A stretch of DNA of 63,183 bases, filler included, from Vezdaea acicularis (lineage: Eukaryota), in the NCBI GenBank assembly GCA_026025075.1. It is 5 parts of 5 records of this genome, joined end to end, with 100 filler letters (N's around TTAATTAATTAA, not from the genome) between each part and the next. Parts side by side here need not be neighbours in the genome. Positions count along the whole stretch, not along the records: positions 42,571 to 56,211 come from JAPEUI010000234.1; positions 56,312 to 63,183 come from JAPEUI010000280.1; 3 more parts are not named here. One strand, 5' to 3'. Positions within the stretch are counted from its first letter, which is position 1; every line of letters starts with the position of its first letter. Under the pieces are notes generated by a model that was given only the letters and a program-made list of their open reading frames with translations, searched no databases and had not been told where the DNA came from. The position numbers were made by a program, and so were the translations under genes. Positions 50,068 through 63,059 of the stretch are shown piece after piece.

Positions 50068-51461
50068 ATGTTCGACGGACTCTTCATGCTGCTCACTTTG
50101 AGCGCGGTAATGGCAACAGCGTGAGCTTCAAATATTACTCTCTTGAGACTTCTGTATCTAGAGATGCTAACAAGGCGCCTGTAGGTCATTCCTCGCCGGC
50201 GCGCTCCCATTGTCCTTCTCCTTATCACCATCACGACTGCGACTTATATCTATAATCGGCATGGGCGTACTTGTCGGCACATCCTTAATAGTCATCATCC
50301 CCGAAGGCATCGAGACTCTCTATAGCGCAAGCACACCTTCCCAAGCTCACGCCCACACAAAGCGAACTACCTACAGTCAAGACTCCGACGTGCGGTGGCC
50401 ATCAATAGAGGCGCGATCAGCATATCCAAAGAGTTTCGTACCTGATCTTCATAATGGGAACATCAAATCTATACTCAGAAGGGAAGCAGCTGTCATCGGC
50501 GCCTTCCCTCACCCCTCCGAGCACGATCCTCAAGATCTTGTGGACAGCCGCCCAACTCACAAAGGCGACAACCCCCCTCCAGATGTACATACTCAAAAAG
50601 AAGTCTCTGACAGCCTCGAGAGCCACGAGGTCGAAGCCGAATCTACTTCTCCCCACGCCTGGGTAGGCCTCTCCCTCATTCTCGGCTTCATACTCATGTT
50701 CCTAATCGACGAGCTCCCGCGCCACGCATCCTCCTCTCAAAGCCCTCCCGAACCATACCACATATCCCTCGACAACCTCAGCCAGGGACTCCACCGCACC
50801 TCATCCCCAGCCCACGACCCCGAAGCCGAGGGTTTCCTCCAACCGCGCTCTTCCAGCGGCCCCTCGTCGCGCAGTACCGCAACAACAACAGGTCTCGTCA
50901 TCCACGCGGCCGCGGACGGGATTGCGCTCGGCGCGTCGAGCTCGACGGACAACACGAGTCTGGGCTTCATTATTTTCATTGCCATAATGGTGCACAAGGC
51001 ACCTGCAGCATTCGGACTCACATCCGTGCTACTAAAGCAGGGCCTGACGAAGAGGGAGGCAAGAGCTCACTTGATCATCTTCAGTCTCGCCGCTCCAGTG
51101 GGAGCACTAGTGACGTGGTTCTTAGCGCATCTGCTCGGAGGAGGCGGGAGCGGGAGCGGAGAGAGGACTCAGTGGTGGACAGGCGTTTTGCTGCTTTTTT
51201 CTGCGGGGACCTTTTTGTAAGTTGCGCGCTTGCCTCCTAGCAGAGAGATCCAGAGGGGCAAAGCTAACTCTTGGTGCTAGGTACGTGGCCATGCATGCGA
51301 TGCAAGAAAGCAGCCCCTCGTATAAGACTGAGGCGCTGAATGGATATGCGGAGGGAGGCCCACGGCAGCAGGAGGAGCCTAGGAGGATGAGAGACACCCT
51401 GGCGGCGGTCGCCGGGATGCTGCTGCCGCTTTTGACGCAAGTGGGACATCACCACCATTAG
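50068..51461 (+). CDS. ZIP9/Atx2-like zinc/manganese transporter
   Basis: GVLVGTSLIVIIPEG, GLVIHAAADGIALG, HKAPAAFG, LFSAGTFL/YVAMH; 3 exons. Confidence 0.92.
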
Positions 51462-51711
51462 AAGTAGCACTTTCCATGTTGGTCAATTGAGAATGAATCC
51501 AAGCAAAACTAAACCACAGTCTACTGCGCCAGTGTAGATATGCGAGAGAACACCCACCACCCGCCCGAAAAGCTTCCCCCCAACCACCCCATCCATGCTC
51601 ACGCAACAGACCACGAATTCGAATCCCACAACAACCAAAACCTGCATCCTACCCCACACATCTTAAGACCTTAACCCCCCCCCCCCCCCCCCCAAAAAAA
51701 AAAAACAAAAA

Positions 51712-51898
51712 AAAATTGTCCGATATGGGGGGGCGCCATCTTAACCGTGAGGGGTTTGAAGTAAAGTCTCGCCGTATCTATCTCAACAAATGGCTTGCGA
51801 CGAGTCTCGTGATGGGGGAATTGAGCCAAAGCCCCATCTCGACCCGTCAATTAAGTGAGGCGCCTTATCGCTACACCATTCTGCCCCCAGTGATCGGC
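51712..51898 (-). ncRNA. Putative Pol III-type structured non-coding RNA, class unassigned
   Basis: TATACATA 30 nt upstream, box A-like TGGTGTAGCG, box B-like GGCTCAATTCC, T9 run at the 3' end. Nested helices: CCGAT/ATCGG, TGGGGG/CCCCCA, GGCGCC/GGCGCC, CTTAATTG/CGGTTAAG, GATGGGG/CCCCATC, CTCGTCG/CGGCGAG. Confidence 0.6.
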
Positions 51899-52348
51899 GA
51901 GGTTTGATGCTTGGTTGTTGTATGTATAGAGCAACTGCCTTTCTTCCGCACTTCTGGAAGCTACCAGGATTTGTTAGGGGTTGGGTGTATGCGGTGGTTG
52001 GTGCTTGTGTGCGGTTTTCGGTGCAGAGGGATAGGAAGTAAGGATGGTGCAAGGAAAGGGCAAGCTGCAAGTACAGCTTGTTGTGTCGAACGCCGACCGG
52101 GGCGTGTGCAATAGTGGGATGGAGGAAGTTGCGCGATAAACAGTAGGGATTGGGCGACGGCCTCTACAATCACATACAATCAATGATATCCACGAGCCTT
52201 GGGACTGCAATTGCATTCTATTCATTGTCGTGCGGATGGTACTATGCATAATATGTACAGTCGTCATACATATAAGCACGAACGACTTTCTTGGGTTACC
52301 AGACGCCAAGCCCAACCCTTTCGAAACCCCTCATATTATGGTTCATAC

Positions 52349-54100
52349 TCAATTTGTGAAGCGCGTCCCCTGCCTCGGTGATCCGACCCACGATGGACTC
52401 GCCATCTCCAGTCTTCTCCGAACTGCCATCCCTTCGTATACCGGATCCCCAGGCCTGATCAGCCTTCCGTCATTGACAAGTACCTCCCCGTACTGCACTG
52501 GACGCCCCCCTATCTCACTGAGTAACGTCTTTGAATCTGCATTCGGATCACTACTGTTAAGTCCTGGTGCACTAAATGCCTTAGCTGTTTCGATCGGGCT
52601 CATGGAGACGTTGCGACCAAGCATAGAGAAGCCCCTGAAGACCGGAAGCACAGCGACTACGCCGAGGAAAGTAACGAGCAGCCCGAGACCTAAGAAGAGA
52701 AAGTTTGATCTGTAGATCGTACGAGTACTACTCTCCATAGCTTGGATCGATTGCGTTGCAGAAGCATTCCCAGCGGCGGCTTGCACGGCAGTGCGGAACA
52801 TGATCTCGCGCATGGCAACGAGGATGTCGTCTGTGGGGTTGGTCCATGTCATGTTACAATCGATGCTCGGCGTTGTGTTGTTGACAGACGCGACATATTG
52901 GTTTGGGAGAGAGCCTGTGGTGCTTAGGATCCAGGACACGGCGCCACCGAAGCTTAGGTGGGCCTTCGAGCCGAAGAGATTGTTCAACGCAAGGACCATC
53001 CCGCCTAACGTCTGGGGCCCAAAGGCGTTGGCGCCATTTGAGGCCTGTGGGTCGTATTTGTACTTTGATATCAACTGGTCATCTGCGATTGACGTGTTTG
53101 GATCGAGGGAAATGGTGTCGTTCTTGAGTACTACTGGATAGGAGACAAGAGCACTCTGGAGGTAACAGGACACAACTGTGAATTCTCCAGAGCAGGCAGG
53201 TGTGTCTTTCAAAAGAGTGGTGATGTTGATAGAATTTATTGGATCGGTATAGCTTGTTTGTTCAGAGAGGGTGAAGTTCGTGGTGAAAACGTCAGAACCA
53301 TTGAAGCTCGATGTGTCCACAGAGCCGTTGTCGAAATTTCTCGGATATATGTCATACGACTGTTGAGTATATACACAAGATGGTATCCACCCGGCCCCAT
53401 GGACTCTACCGGTACATGTTCCTGCGCAGCCAGTATCATGCAAATGGATATCTTCACGCTTCGAGTACGCGTTCATAATCTGCGTAAAATTCGTGGTCAA
53501 TAGCGAAGCCAACCCGTAGGTCCTTCCAGTGACAACACCAGTGTAGTCGGCTGGTATCTCAGGGGCGATTCGAATCTTTATTGGTTTCAGGTTCTGAAGG
53601 TCTTCGGTTGTGACCGTTGAAGCTCGCTGTAGCAGAGGACCATTGATCGGTGAACACGCAGCGATGAGACAGGCGAGAGCCATGAGATTGAAGTGTCTCC
53701 CAGCAGTCAGCGATGCCCAGAGGCCATTGGCATAGGCCCACTCGCGGTGAAGGTCATTGATAGTCCCACCTTGCACAGCTTTCCGCCAGAAAGAAATGGT
53801 AGCACCTTCAGATAACGCAAAATGGAGCAGGATGTTGGCTAAGGCCGTCGTGATGGCGAGCCAGACAGTAGGCTGAACCGACCAGTCAATGAGAGGGTTG
53901 CCGTTTGAAAGAATTAGTATAATAGCACCTGCTGAAGCACAGATCAGGGTTCCAAGCAATGCTGCGAAGCCAACCCAGGGCATTCGGGCCAGGACGCCTG
54001 CGCGCCATGGATTTCGATTATTGACGTCAACGAAAGTATGGTCTGTGGCCGCCGTCATGAAAGTAGACGTATGCTTGGAGTCCATAGTGAAGACGGCCAC
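52349..54100 (-). CDS. Fungal membrane glycoprotein, DUF3176-like
   Basis: N-terminal TMs, WSVQPTVWLAI, EGATISFW, PLLQRAS, C-terminal TM plus LGRNVSMSPIETAKAF; an upstream exon may exist (acceptor ~54141). Confidence 0.8.
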   Translation of the reverse strand: MAVFTMDSKHTSTFMTAATDHTFVDVNNRNPWRAGVLARMPWVGFAALLGTLICASAGAIILILSNGNPLIDWSVQPTVWLAITTALANILLHFALSEGATISFWRKAVQGGTINDLHREWAYANGLWASLTAGRHFNLMALACLIAACSPINGPLLQRASTVTTEDLQNLKPIKIRIAPEIPADYTGVVTGRTYGLASLLTTNFTQIMNAYSKREDIHLHDTGCAGTCTGRVHGAGWIPSCVYTQQSYDIYPRNFDNGSVDTSSFNGSDVFTTNFTLSEQTSYTDPINSINITTLLKDTPACSGEFTVVSCYLQSALVSYPVVLKNDTISLDPNTSIADDQLISKYKYDPQASNGANAFGPQTLGGMVLALNNLFGSKAHLSFGGAVSWILSTTGSLPNQYVASVNNTTPSIDCNMTWTNPTDDILVAMREIMFRTAVQAAAGNASATQSIQAMESSTRTIYRSNFLFLGLGLLVTFLGVVAVLPVFRGFSMLGRNVSMSPIETAKAFSAPGLNSSDPNADSKTLLSEIGGRPVQYGEVLVNDGRLIRPGDPVYEGMAVRRRLEMASPSWVGSPRQGTRFTN

Positions 54101-54819
54101 GTTCTTGTAAAGCTCAATGTCGGACTCGGAATTGGAATACCTGCTTAGAGACTACATCAATGTGGGCCCGAGCTACCTCTAGAGCATGCTAGGGAAGGAT
54201 TTTCAATTTCGAATAGCTTCTCAGACTAACCAAGGAGAAAACATCGTTGGAAAACGATGTAAAGAGTCAAGGAAAGACAGGAGATGCTCAGCATCTGTTG
54301 CAAGGATTACACCAAGGCTCTAGTTTCTGGTTGGTGGGAATGAAAGAACACTACGAGGCGCGCTGAAGGGGGGGCGTCGAAGAGCCTCAGAGGCAAGGCC
54401 GCAAACGTCAAGGAAATTGGGGGAAAGTCTCGTCCAGCAAGGCCATGTCATCCCGCCAAGGTATGGGCTGAATGTGAGGGGACATGATTGGTCCAAATTC
54501 AGCCCCGCCGTTTCGCGGTCACTGGGCATTCCCAAAAAAGAGGCTATCGATAGTTCTCGCGACGCGACAAGGCGAAACGCCAAGCCGAGAGATGACGGTC
54601 TAGAAGTCGGCCGGGACTTGCCGCGCCCCGCCTGCATATGCCAAGATCAACTTGCGTCTCTCTCTGCGTCACGCATGGCAGTCATGCGACTTTGTTTATC
54701 ACACAGCAAGATACTATCACAACGTTAATCAACTCTTACGGTCAAGACCTAAGGTCTTTCCAATCCTCGATACAGTGTCACTGCCGCAGTCTTAGAGCGG
54801 CCCTCTTTCAACTCTAAAC

Positions 54820-55212
54820 ATGACAGATCTGCCTCTGAATGAGTGTAATGCAGTTTATACGTTTGGCGTTTTCATCCCAAATCCTCCAAAGGTCAGTTTA
54901 TCTTGAGCCAAACCGAGCCCCTTCGCGTCTCCTCTCAAGAGACCAACCAGTCGCTGGCAGATCTTACCCTCCACGGGCACCGACCTCGCACGTAATACCA
55001 CCGCCGCGGCCGAAACTAAGAGCGCGGAATTGACAACGCAAACACAATCGACGGAAGCGGGTACAAGAAACCCGGACGAAGCCTCGGGGGCCACGTTCGC
55101 TGCAGGTGAAAATAGTCAGAACTACTCTGCTAGCGATTCGGATCTGAGGCGCGCCAGACAACAGGACCAGGAGCGGACGCCAGAGGAGCAGGTGGATACC
55201 TCGAAAGGATAA
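54820..55212 (+). CDS. Possible small 2-exon hydrophilic protein
   Basis: Exon 54820-54891 joins 54961-55212 in frame across GTCAGT..CAG; branch point weak; no family recognised. Confidence 0.3.
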
Positions 55213-55451
55213 GAAGACATGACGCAGTCTAGCATATTTTCAACGAAGACAGAGGAATACTCGAACGCGATTGAAGAGGATAGAGAAGCAGAAGGACTGA
55301 TTTAACTCATAGTTACTGTACTCACAAAGTATGGAGATTCCAAGCAATAATAACAGAACAGAAAGAATAAGGCAAAAAGCCGCAGCACCGAATATACATA
55401 TAACAAGACCCAAGCAAAGCCTTGTCTATTCATACAAACATCAACCTCTGC

Positions 55452-56211
55452 CTACGCTATACAAGCAAGCATGAGTCTCTGATAGTCACCAGACGTCTCG
55501 CCTTTGATCCTTCCGGCAAGGTCTCTCTTGTATCGAAATTGATATGCCCTCTTCACCTGGTCAAGGTGCTGTCGATCCCAGTGGACCCGGACTACGCGTT
55601 CGACAAGAAGGTAGTCTTTCGTGCCAAAGCCTTTCATCGTATCTTCAAGCTCTTCGGCGTCCAGCATAATTTTGTCATTTGCAATCTTCAGGATCCGAAC
55701 GAGGGCGTCCTCCATATGGCCCGAAAAGTCCTTGACAATGACTTTCTCCAGTGGCACTCTATACTTATGCTCGAATGCTTGAGTAATCGCCCGTAATTGG
55801 CCGTTGCTGTGACTTGTCAAGATCTGACAAACGGTGATCTGATCCGTGCCGGTCCTTCCCTCCGTCGCCTTGTGGAGCTCGGTCACCGCTCGATCAATTT
55901 CTTGGGGTATGCATGGCGCTGACTCCTCCGCGCGAGTCGCCGCAAGTACCATATCGAACAGCCTCTCTGTTCTGGCCGAGAGATCTCCTTTGATATCGGC
56001 TTTCAAGCTCCGCTTCGGGCCAAATATGCGGGAGTACTCCTGCTCGATGGCTCTGATGTCTGCATTGGACCTGCCCAGCAGTACATCGTTGAGAACCTTT
56101 TCTTTCGTGCCTGCGCCCTGTACAGCGTTTCTCAGGTCGAGAGCGTCATTCTTGAGAGGTCCGCGAGCAAGAGCGAGCAGCCCTTGCTTGAAATAGCCCG
56201 ATGTCTCCTTA
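55452..56211 (-). CDS. Annexin (5'-partial)
   Basis: Annexin repeats QGAGTKE..VLLGRSN, KGDLS, MKGFGTKD, GETSGDYQRLM. Confidence 0.93.
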
Positions 56212-56311
56212 NNNNNNNNNNNNNNNNNNNNNNNNNNNNNNNNNNNNNNNNNNNNTTAATTAATTAANNNNNNNNNNNNNNNNNNNNNNNNNNNNNNNNN
56301 NNNNNNNNNNN
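56212..56311. other. Artificial contig spacer
   Basis: 44 N + TTAATTAATTAA + 44 N. Confidence 0.98.
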
Positions 56312-57044
56312 GCTGTTCGACCAATTTTCCATGTGATCTTCAAATGCAAGCTAATCTCTCGCACCAAACTCTGGCGTCGCTACCAGCAATAAACATTCAA
56401 AGTAGTATGATTGGACTGGAGAACCGTCTCTATTTGAGTATACAACCCTCATAGTTTTGTCATGAATGCGCTCGTGGCAAGGGCTGCGCTGACACTACGC
56501 CAAGCCGGCATCACATGATTTTCCGAGGGCAAGATCGCGGAGGTGCGCTGGGGCATAGATACAATACTCAATCCGTATATAGACACCTGCAAAACACTAC
56601 AGCATATTCACTGTCTTCTGGTACATACTATTTATACCACGTGATGACTGCGGCTACTCCGCATCGAGCTTAGTCTGTTATTTGCCTATATACGTAACTT
56701 TGTAGTGAAATAGTATTCCCACAAAACACCTCAGCGTGTGCTCACTCCAAATCCCAAGAACTAGCCTAACATAATCTCCTAGAAAATACTATTCGCGGAT
56801 GCGTAGAACAATCGTCTTCGGAGCATAGCAGCCGTTGCGCTCAGATTGAATGATTTTGTGCGCACCCGAAGGTATGGGTGGAAGACCAATGTGCATAGCG
56901 GGAAACGGGAAAGAGGGAAATCCCACTCGCTTAGCCATCCCGCTCCTCTCCAGCTTTCCGCTCCGCTCACTACAATTCCGTCAATAACGTCGGTGCTGAA
57001 GCCGCTTCTCACACAGAATCGTGAGATATCAATCCCTCCCAAAA

Positions 57045-57762
57045 ATGCCGCCAAAGCCAAAGGGGGAATATATTGAGACCGTAAGTTGCTCATATTTTAC
57101 CTTTTGCGCTGTCCTGCCTTGTTCCTAGTCCTAGTCACCACAATTGAACTAACTGTCGGTCACACCAGGATACTGGCAATAAGGTATCCCGACGTTCTCA
57201 GATTCACGGCACCCAAAACATCATCCTTGGTGGGAAGAGCATTATACAAGCTTCTGTCATCATCCGCGGGGACCTGAAACGAACTCTTCGCCCCTCAACC
57301 TCCTCGAATAGCAGCACCTCCTCCACCCTCCAACCATCCTCTGCCGAAGCACAGAGGGCTCAGCAGCAACAGCAGCAGCAGCAAACATCTACTGTCACCG
57401 TCTCCATTGGCCGGTATTGCTTTCTATCTACATCTTGCGTCCTCCGTCCACCCGCAAAGTCCTACCGCGGCCAATACTCCTACCATCCACTCAAGATGGG
57501 CGATCATGTTTACGTGGGCCCGTCCGCGATAGTCGAAGCCGCGGTGATAGGGAGTTACGTGAATATAGGGGAAGGAGCCATCGTCGGATCTCTCGCTATT
57601 GTGAAGGATTATGTACGGATCCTTCCTGGAACAGTGGTGCCCCCCGGCATGGTTATCCCGGGATTTAGTGTCGTTGGGGGCTGTCCGGGAAGGGTGGTAG
57701 CGGATATTGCTGAAGGGGAAGTGGAGGAAATGGATTTGAGGGAATTATACAAGAGCATATAA
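57045..57762 (+). CDS. DCTN5: Dynactin subunit 5 (p25)
   Basis: MPPKPKGEYIET/DTGNKVSRRSQIHGTQNIILGGKS..IRGDL...YHPLKMGDHVYVG..IVEAAVIGSYV..IVKDYVRIL hexapeptide repeats; intron at 57081. Confidence 0.9.
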
Positions 57763-58204
57763 GGGCAACGGAGGGCGTCCAAGAAGTGCTATCAGGGGAT
57801 CCGCTACTGCACTTGCATCACAGCACAAGAAACCTCAATAACTTCTCAAAGTGCATCTCAGGGTCAGTATCTCCTGGCCCCCAATGCAATTCAAGCAAGA
57901 CCATCTTGGCCGTCCCCTTCAGCCCCCTTTCGGTCCCCTCGCTAAACGCTCAAACGCCCAAACAGCAAAACCAGCGAAGTTTCTCCACAGCGTGAGCCAA
58001 GCGAATAGATCGTTGGCCGCAAAGATAAACTTAAAATCTCAGGGCGTGGTAAAGGCTCACAATGCAAGGGTAATGCCCTGCCAGCTTCACTAACTTTCCT
58101 CGTCCGGTTTGCTGATCGCCTGCAAAGTCTAACCCACAGTCGAAGCGATGCCCTAAATATGCTCTTTTGGTATCTTAAGGAGTTGTTTGGCTACAAAAGC
58201 CATC

Positions 58205-59031
<827 letters not shown>

Positions 59032-59718
59032 GATCGCCTGATGAATCTGCTGTGCGGAGATGACTCTAGGGCTTAATTAGTTGGTCGTGTAGTATGTGTC
59101 TTTGCCGTCGCTGCCTGAATTGGATCCCTATTGCTGCTGGCTAAAACTTGTCGGTATCGCAGCGTACGGGGAGCCGGTTGACCAAGCAAGAACTCGGCGG
59201 GGCTCTACGAAGCTTGAACCCCTGATGCTAAAAGAGTGGCAGTGATCTCTTGGAGAAGAGTGGAAGTGCGCGCGATTCGTGATCGTCGAACAATAAAACG
59301 CCAGATGACAAGTAATAATACGTTTATTGAGATCTAGAAAGTAAGTTGCAATTGTGAGTAGGCTGTCACTACCGCGGACTTTTGTAATTTGCTCGACCCC
59401 TGTCAAACTCTAAGAGCGATATCAGGGGCGCGCTGGTGATCACTCGCTAAAGCGCGGCTGCATCTTGCCTCTTCAAGTGACAAGAACAGGGTACACGTGT
59501 ACTTGTTGGCGGAGACTGTGAAAAAGGAATGATTGGAGGGCCTTTTGGTGATTAATTTTCTTTGAGTAGCTTTTTTTATAGTGTACGTATATGAGGGGCC
59601 CGGACGCTCCATGGTGCCTAAGCAGACCTCTGCCAGACCTTACTCTACTCTACACCGCGGATCTAACATGTCTTCGCATTCCGTGGGTGAAAACGCCAAA
59701 TCAATGCATATACATCTA

Positions 59719-60831
59719 TCATGATCTGCCTGTCATGTCTAACACAAGGCGCCTTTTGACCTCTTGCTCCTTCCCAACTTCATCTTCTCCTTCAAACCTC
59801 AGTCGACAGAAGCCACCCTTCATGCCTACCACTTCCGCTTGGTAGAATGTGGTAGTGTCCGGGTACAGTGCAAGCACGAGCCTACCTTTGGGGTAATCTT
59901 TCAACACGGTGCCCTCAGCTGGTATGGGGATGAGAGCACTGGCGTTCGTGGTATAAACTTGGCCGGGTGCGCCGTGCTCATCTGGCTCTGGATCTTGCAC
60001 TTTGTATCTGTATGAGTTAAATCGGGGGAATCAGAAGGACCATTGTAGAAGCGTGACTCCAGACGTACTTGCGTTTAGGCCCCTCTCCGCCAATGACTTC
60101 CATAATAACGCATTTGATCCAGTCTCCCTCGCTGGTCTTGTTCTTGTTCGGTTTATACGCAACTTCTTGACCTTTGTGAAGCTGGGGGAATCGGTCAGTC
60201 AGCGGCGTCTTTCCTCCCTCGGTGTTTCCACTGCCCAAGGATTCTTCGATCTTAACGGGAGGCTCTTTAGCCTCTTTTGGGGCAGAAGGTACAGAACCAC
60301 TCCTACTTAGTTCCTTGCGGACGCGCACGTATGCAGCTGGCGCCGTAACGCTAGGTGAAGCTGGAGCGTCAACATTACTCTCACTTGGCATCCGAGATTT
60401 AGGCCCTTTATCTCGTGGACCCAATTTGATCGCTCTTGATGCTTCGTTGGCGGCACGCATCGCGGAAAGTAACCCTAAATTCTCCAAGACACCTTGCGGC
60501 TGCGCTCCAAGAATTTCTTGCTCTTCTTCAGCAACTTTGACTCCTTCCCTGTACAGGGCTTGGAGAGCATCAATCTGTGCAACGGAAGGTGCTATTTGTT
60601 GCGTGAGCGCAGATATTAAGTTGATCACCGTCATTATGGTAACTCACTGGCATCCTCGCCTATATCCTGTTCTACCTCTACAATTTGTCGACTAATTTCT
60701 TGCGCCTTCGTGTTGATTTCTTTAAGCCTTCGTAAATCCTTGGTGATTCTACTCCACATATTTCGTTCCTCTTCCGCGTCGGCCGGATCATCTCGAACGG
60801 GGGGTCCGCGCGGTCGAGCACGACTCGTCAT
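59719..60831 (-). CDS. SGF29: SAGA subunit Sgf29
   Basis: N-terminal coiled coil plus tandem Tudor: VAYK..WIKC, QDPEPDE, VLALYPDTTTFYQAEV, LRFEGEDE; 3 exons. Confidence 0.92.
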
Positions 60832-61135
60832 TTTCACAAAATGATGTTTTAGACCTTCACCTAGACGGATAAATGTCCACGCAGCGAGTACTTATAGTTC
60901 ATCTCAGTTTTGGCCTTAGCTTTGATTGGCGCGTTGAAAGCCGTGGTAAGGCCGACGTCCTTACCGGTCCCCCACCCCTCCCCACTCCCACTCCCACTCT
61001 TCTAGCCGAGTCCGAAAGCTCGTGTAAATCCAAAAACCAAGCTCTGTGAATCTTTTGCGAATACTACTCAAAGCAAGGGTTAGCGTACATCAAATGCATT
61101 GAATCAGGCCCAATTGAAACCCCTCTTGCCTGAAA

Positions 61136-62724
61136 ATGCCTCTTTCGGTTCCACTTATACGCCTTCAGTGCGGTACGTCCTCCATATGCTGTAAAAGAAA
61201 ATTGCATCAAGACTGACACATGCAAAGGCGTCAATAGTTATGACTGGGGTACAGTTCCAACCTAGATAATATCAATTGAGAGTTCTGGTTGAGACCCTCT
61301 TAGGCAAAGTCGGCAAGGATTCAGCAGCAGCAAAGTATGCTGAAGCAACGCCATCTGAAATCTCGATTCAGCATGACAAGCCATATGCGGAGGTAAAGAC
61401 GCATTGTCACTGTATCGGGAACCTGTTGCTCACATTCATAACCTGAAAATCTAGTTATGGATGGGCACACATCCGTCATTACCTTCCAGAGATTTGAGTA
61501 CGAAGCGGACGCTACTCGATATGGTCCAGGACAATCAAGCTTTGATGGGAAAAGAGATTACCGAACGTTACGGTCAAAAGCTGCCTTTCCTGTTCAAAGT
61601 CTTGTCAATTCGAAAGGCGCTCAGTATTCAGGCACACCCTGATAAGAAGCTCGCAGAGAAATTGCATGCGAAAGATAGCAAGAACTACCCTGGTGGGTTG
61701 AGCTATTGTGCTACATGATGCACCTACTAAATTCTCGTTAGATGACAACCATAAGCCTGAGATGACAATAGCAATCACCACCTTTGATGGCTTATGTGGT
61801 TTCAGGCCTCTTGAAGAAATCTCGCATTTCTTGTCTACGGTCCCTTCCCTGAAGAGATTGATCGGGGAATCCGCTGCACAAGAATTTCAATCAGCTGTAA
61901 AAGGCCATGAAGCAACTGAAAATGAACACGATACAATGAGAAACAAAGAAGCGCTCAAGAAGCTTTTTACAGCTTTAATGAACTCAGAAAAGGAAGCAAT
62001 TGCGACAGCATCAAAAGACTTGATTGATTCCGCTAAATCACAGGGTGATACATTTGCTGGGAACGGAGGCCCAAGCAATACGGGAAAGGAGCTCGCTGAT
62101 CTTGTTATCCGACTTGATGGGCAATTTCCAGAGGACATAGGCCTTTTTGTACTCTTCCTCCTTAATTACGTTAAAATGGAACCCGGAGAAGCTATGTTCC
62201 TCAAGGCAGATGATATTCATGCCTATCTTAGTGGAGATATCATCGAGTGCATGGCTTCTTCGGATAACGTTGTTCGAGCAGGATTCACACCGAAATTCAA
62301 GGATATCCCTACGCTGGTGTCAATGCTAACGTACTCGTATGCACCTATCTCCGAACAGAAGATGTCACCTGTCGATTATCCCTACGCCACCCTATCCGCT
62401 GCTGCATACTCCTCCAACTCTTCGGCTATACTATATGATCCTCCAATCGAGGAGTTCAGCGTCGTAAAGACCGATCTGAAGAAAAGGGGAGCGAAAGCCA
62501 CGTTTGATGGAATTGAAGGACCGAGCATTTTCATTTGTACTCAAGGTCATGGTACAATAAGTGTGGGTCCGATGACCGAGGAGGTTCAACCAGGTTTCGT
62601 CTTCTTCGCAGGGGCGACTGCTGAAGTTATTCTGGAGTGTAGCGATGATGAACGAAGTTTTGTCACTTTCAAAGCATTTTGCGAGTTCAATGGCAAAGAA
62701 TCCCATCGCAATGGCACATCGTAA
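61136..62724 (+). CDS. PMI40: Mannose-6-phosphate isomerase
   Basis: [72 protein letters not shown]; 5 exons. Confidence 0.96.
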
Positions 62725-62992
62725 GACATGAAACAGGAGAAGAAGCCAAGGTGATAGACAAAAATTAGAGTTTACGTTATAATAGAGGTATCGAGAACGT
62801 CGCAGTTGAGGAACCTATTCGTTTTTCAACTTGCCCCTTACCGTGCTCGAATAGAATTTTTGAACTGCGCGGCCACCGCGAAGCGAGCAATTTCTAAAAA
62901 CCGACTAAAAGCGGCGACAAATAGGAGAAGGCTAGATTGTATATGCGAAACATTCAGTCCGCAAACTCTGCTATTAAATTATTTAACTTAGC

Positions 62993-63020
62993 CTAAACAT
63001 ATTTGAAGAAATATGTTTAG
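62993..63020. repeat. Perfect 12-bp inverted repeat with 4-nt loop
   Basis: CTAAACATATTT-GAAG-AAATATGTTTAG. Confidence 0.9.
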
Positions 63021-63059
63021 TTTTGGGTTCATTCCGGGCCGATTTGGCTTTGTCGTAAT

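Noticed and set aside
51810..51886. tRNA gene
   Set aside because: Box A/B-like motifs exist, but no acceptor stem, anticodon arm or T-stem can be formed; the pairing fits a larger fold.
51712..52000. Telomerase RNA or H/ACA snoRNA
   Set aside because: No TAACCCTAA-type template in the fold (only AACCCCTAAC upstream). An ACA precedes the T-run, but there is no two-sided pseudouridylation pocket or clear two-hairpin layout.
56641..56700. C/D snoRNA from a GTGATGA box
   Set aside because: No CTGA D box or terminal stem at a suitable distance.
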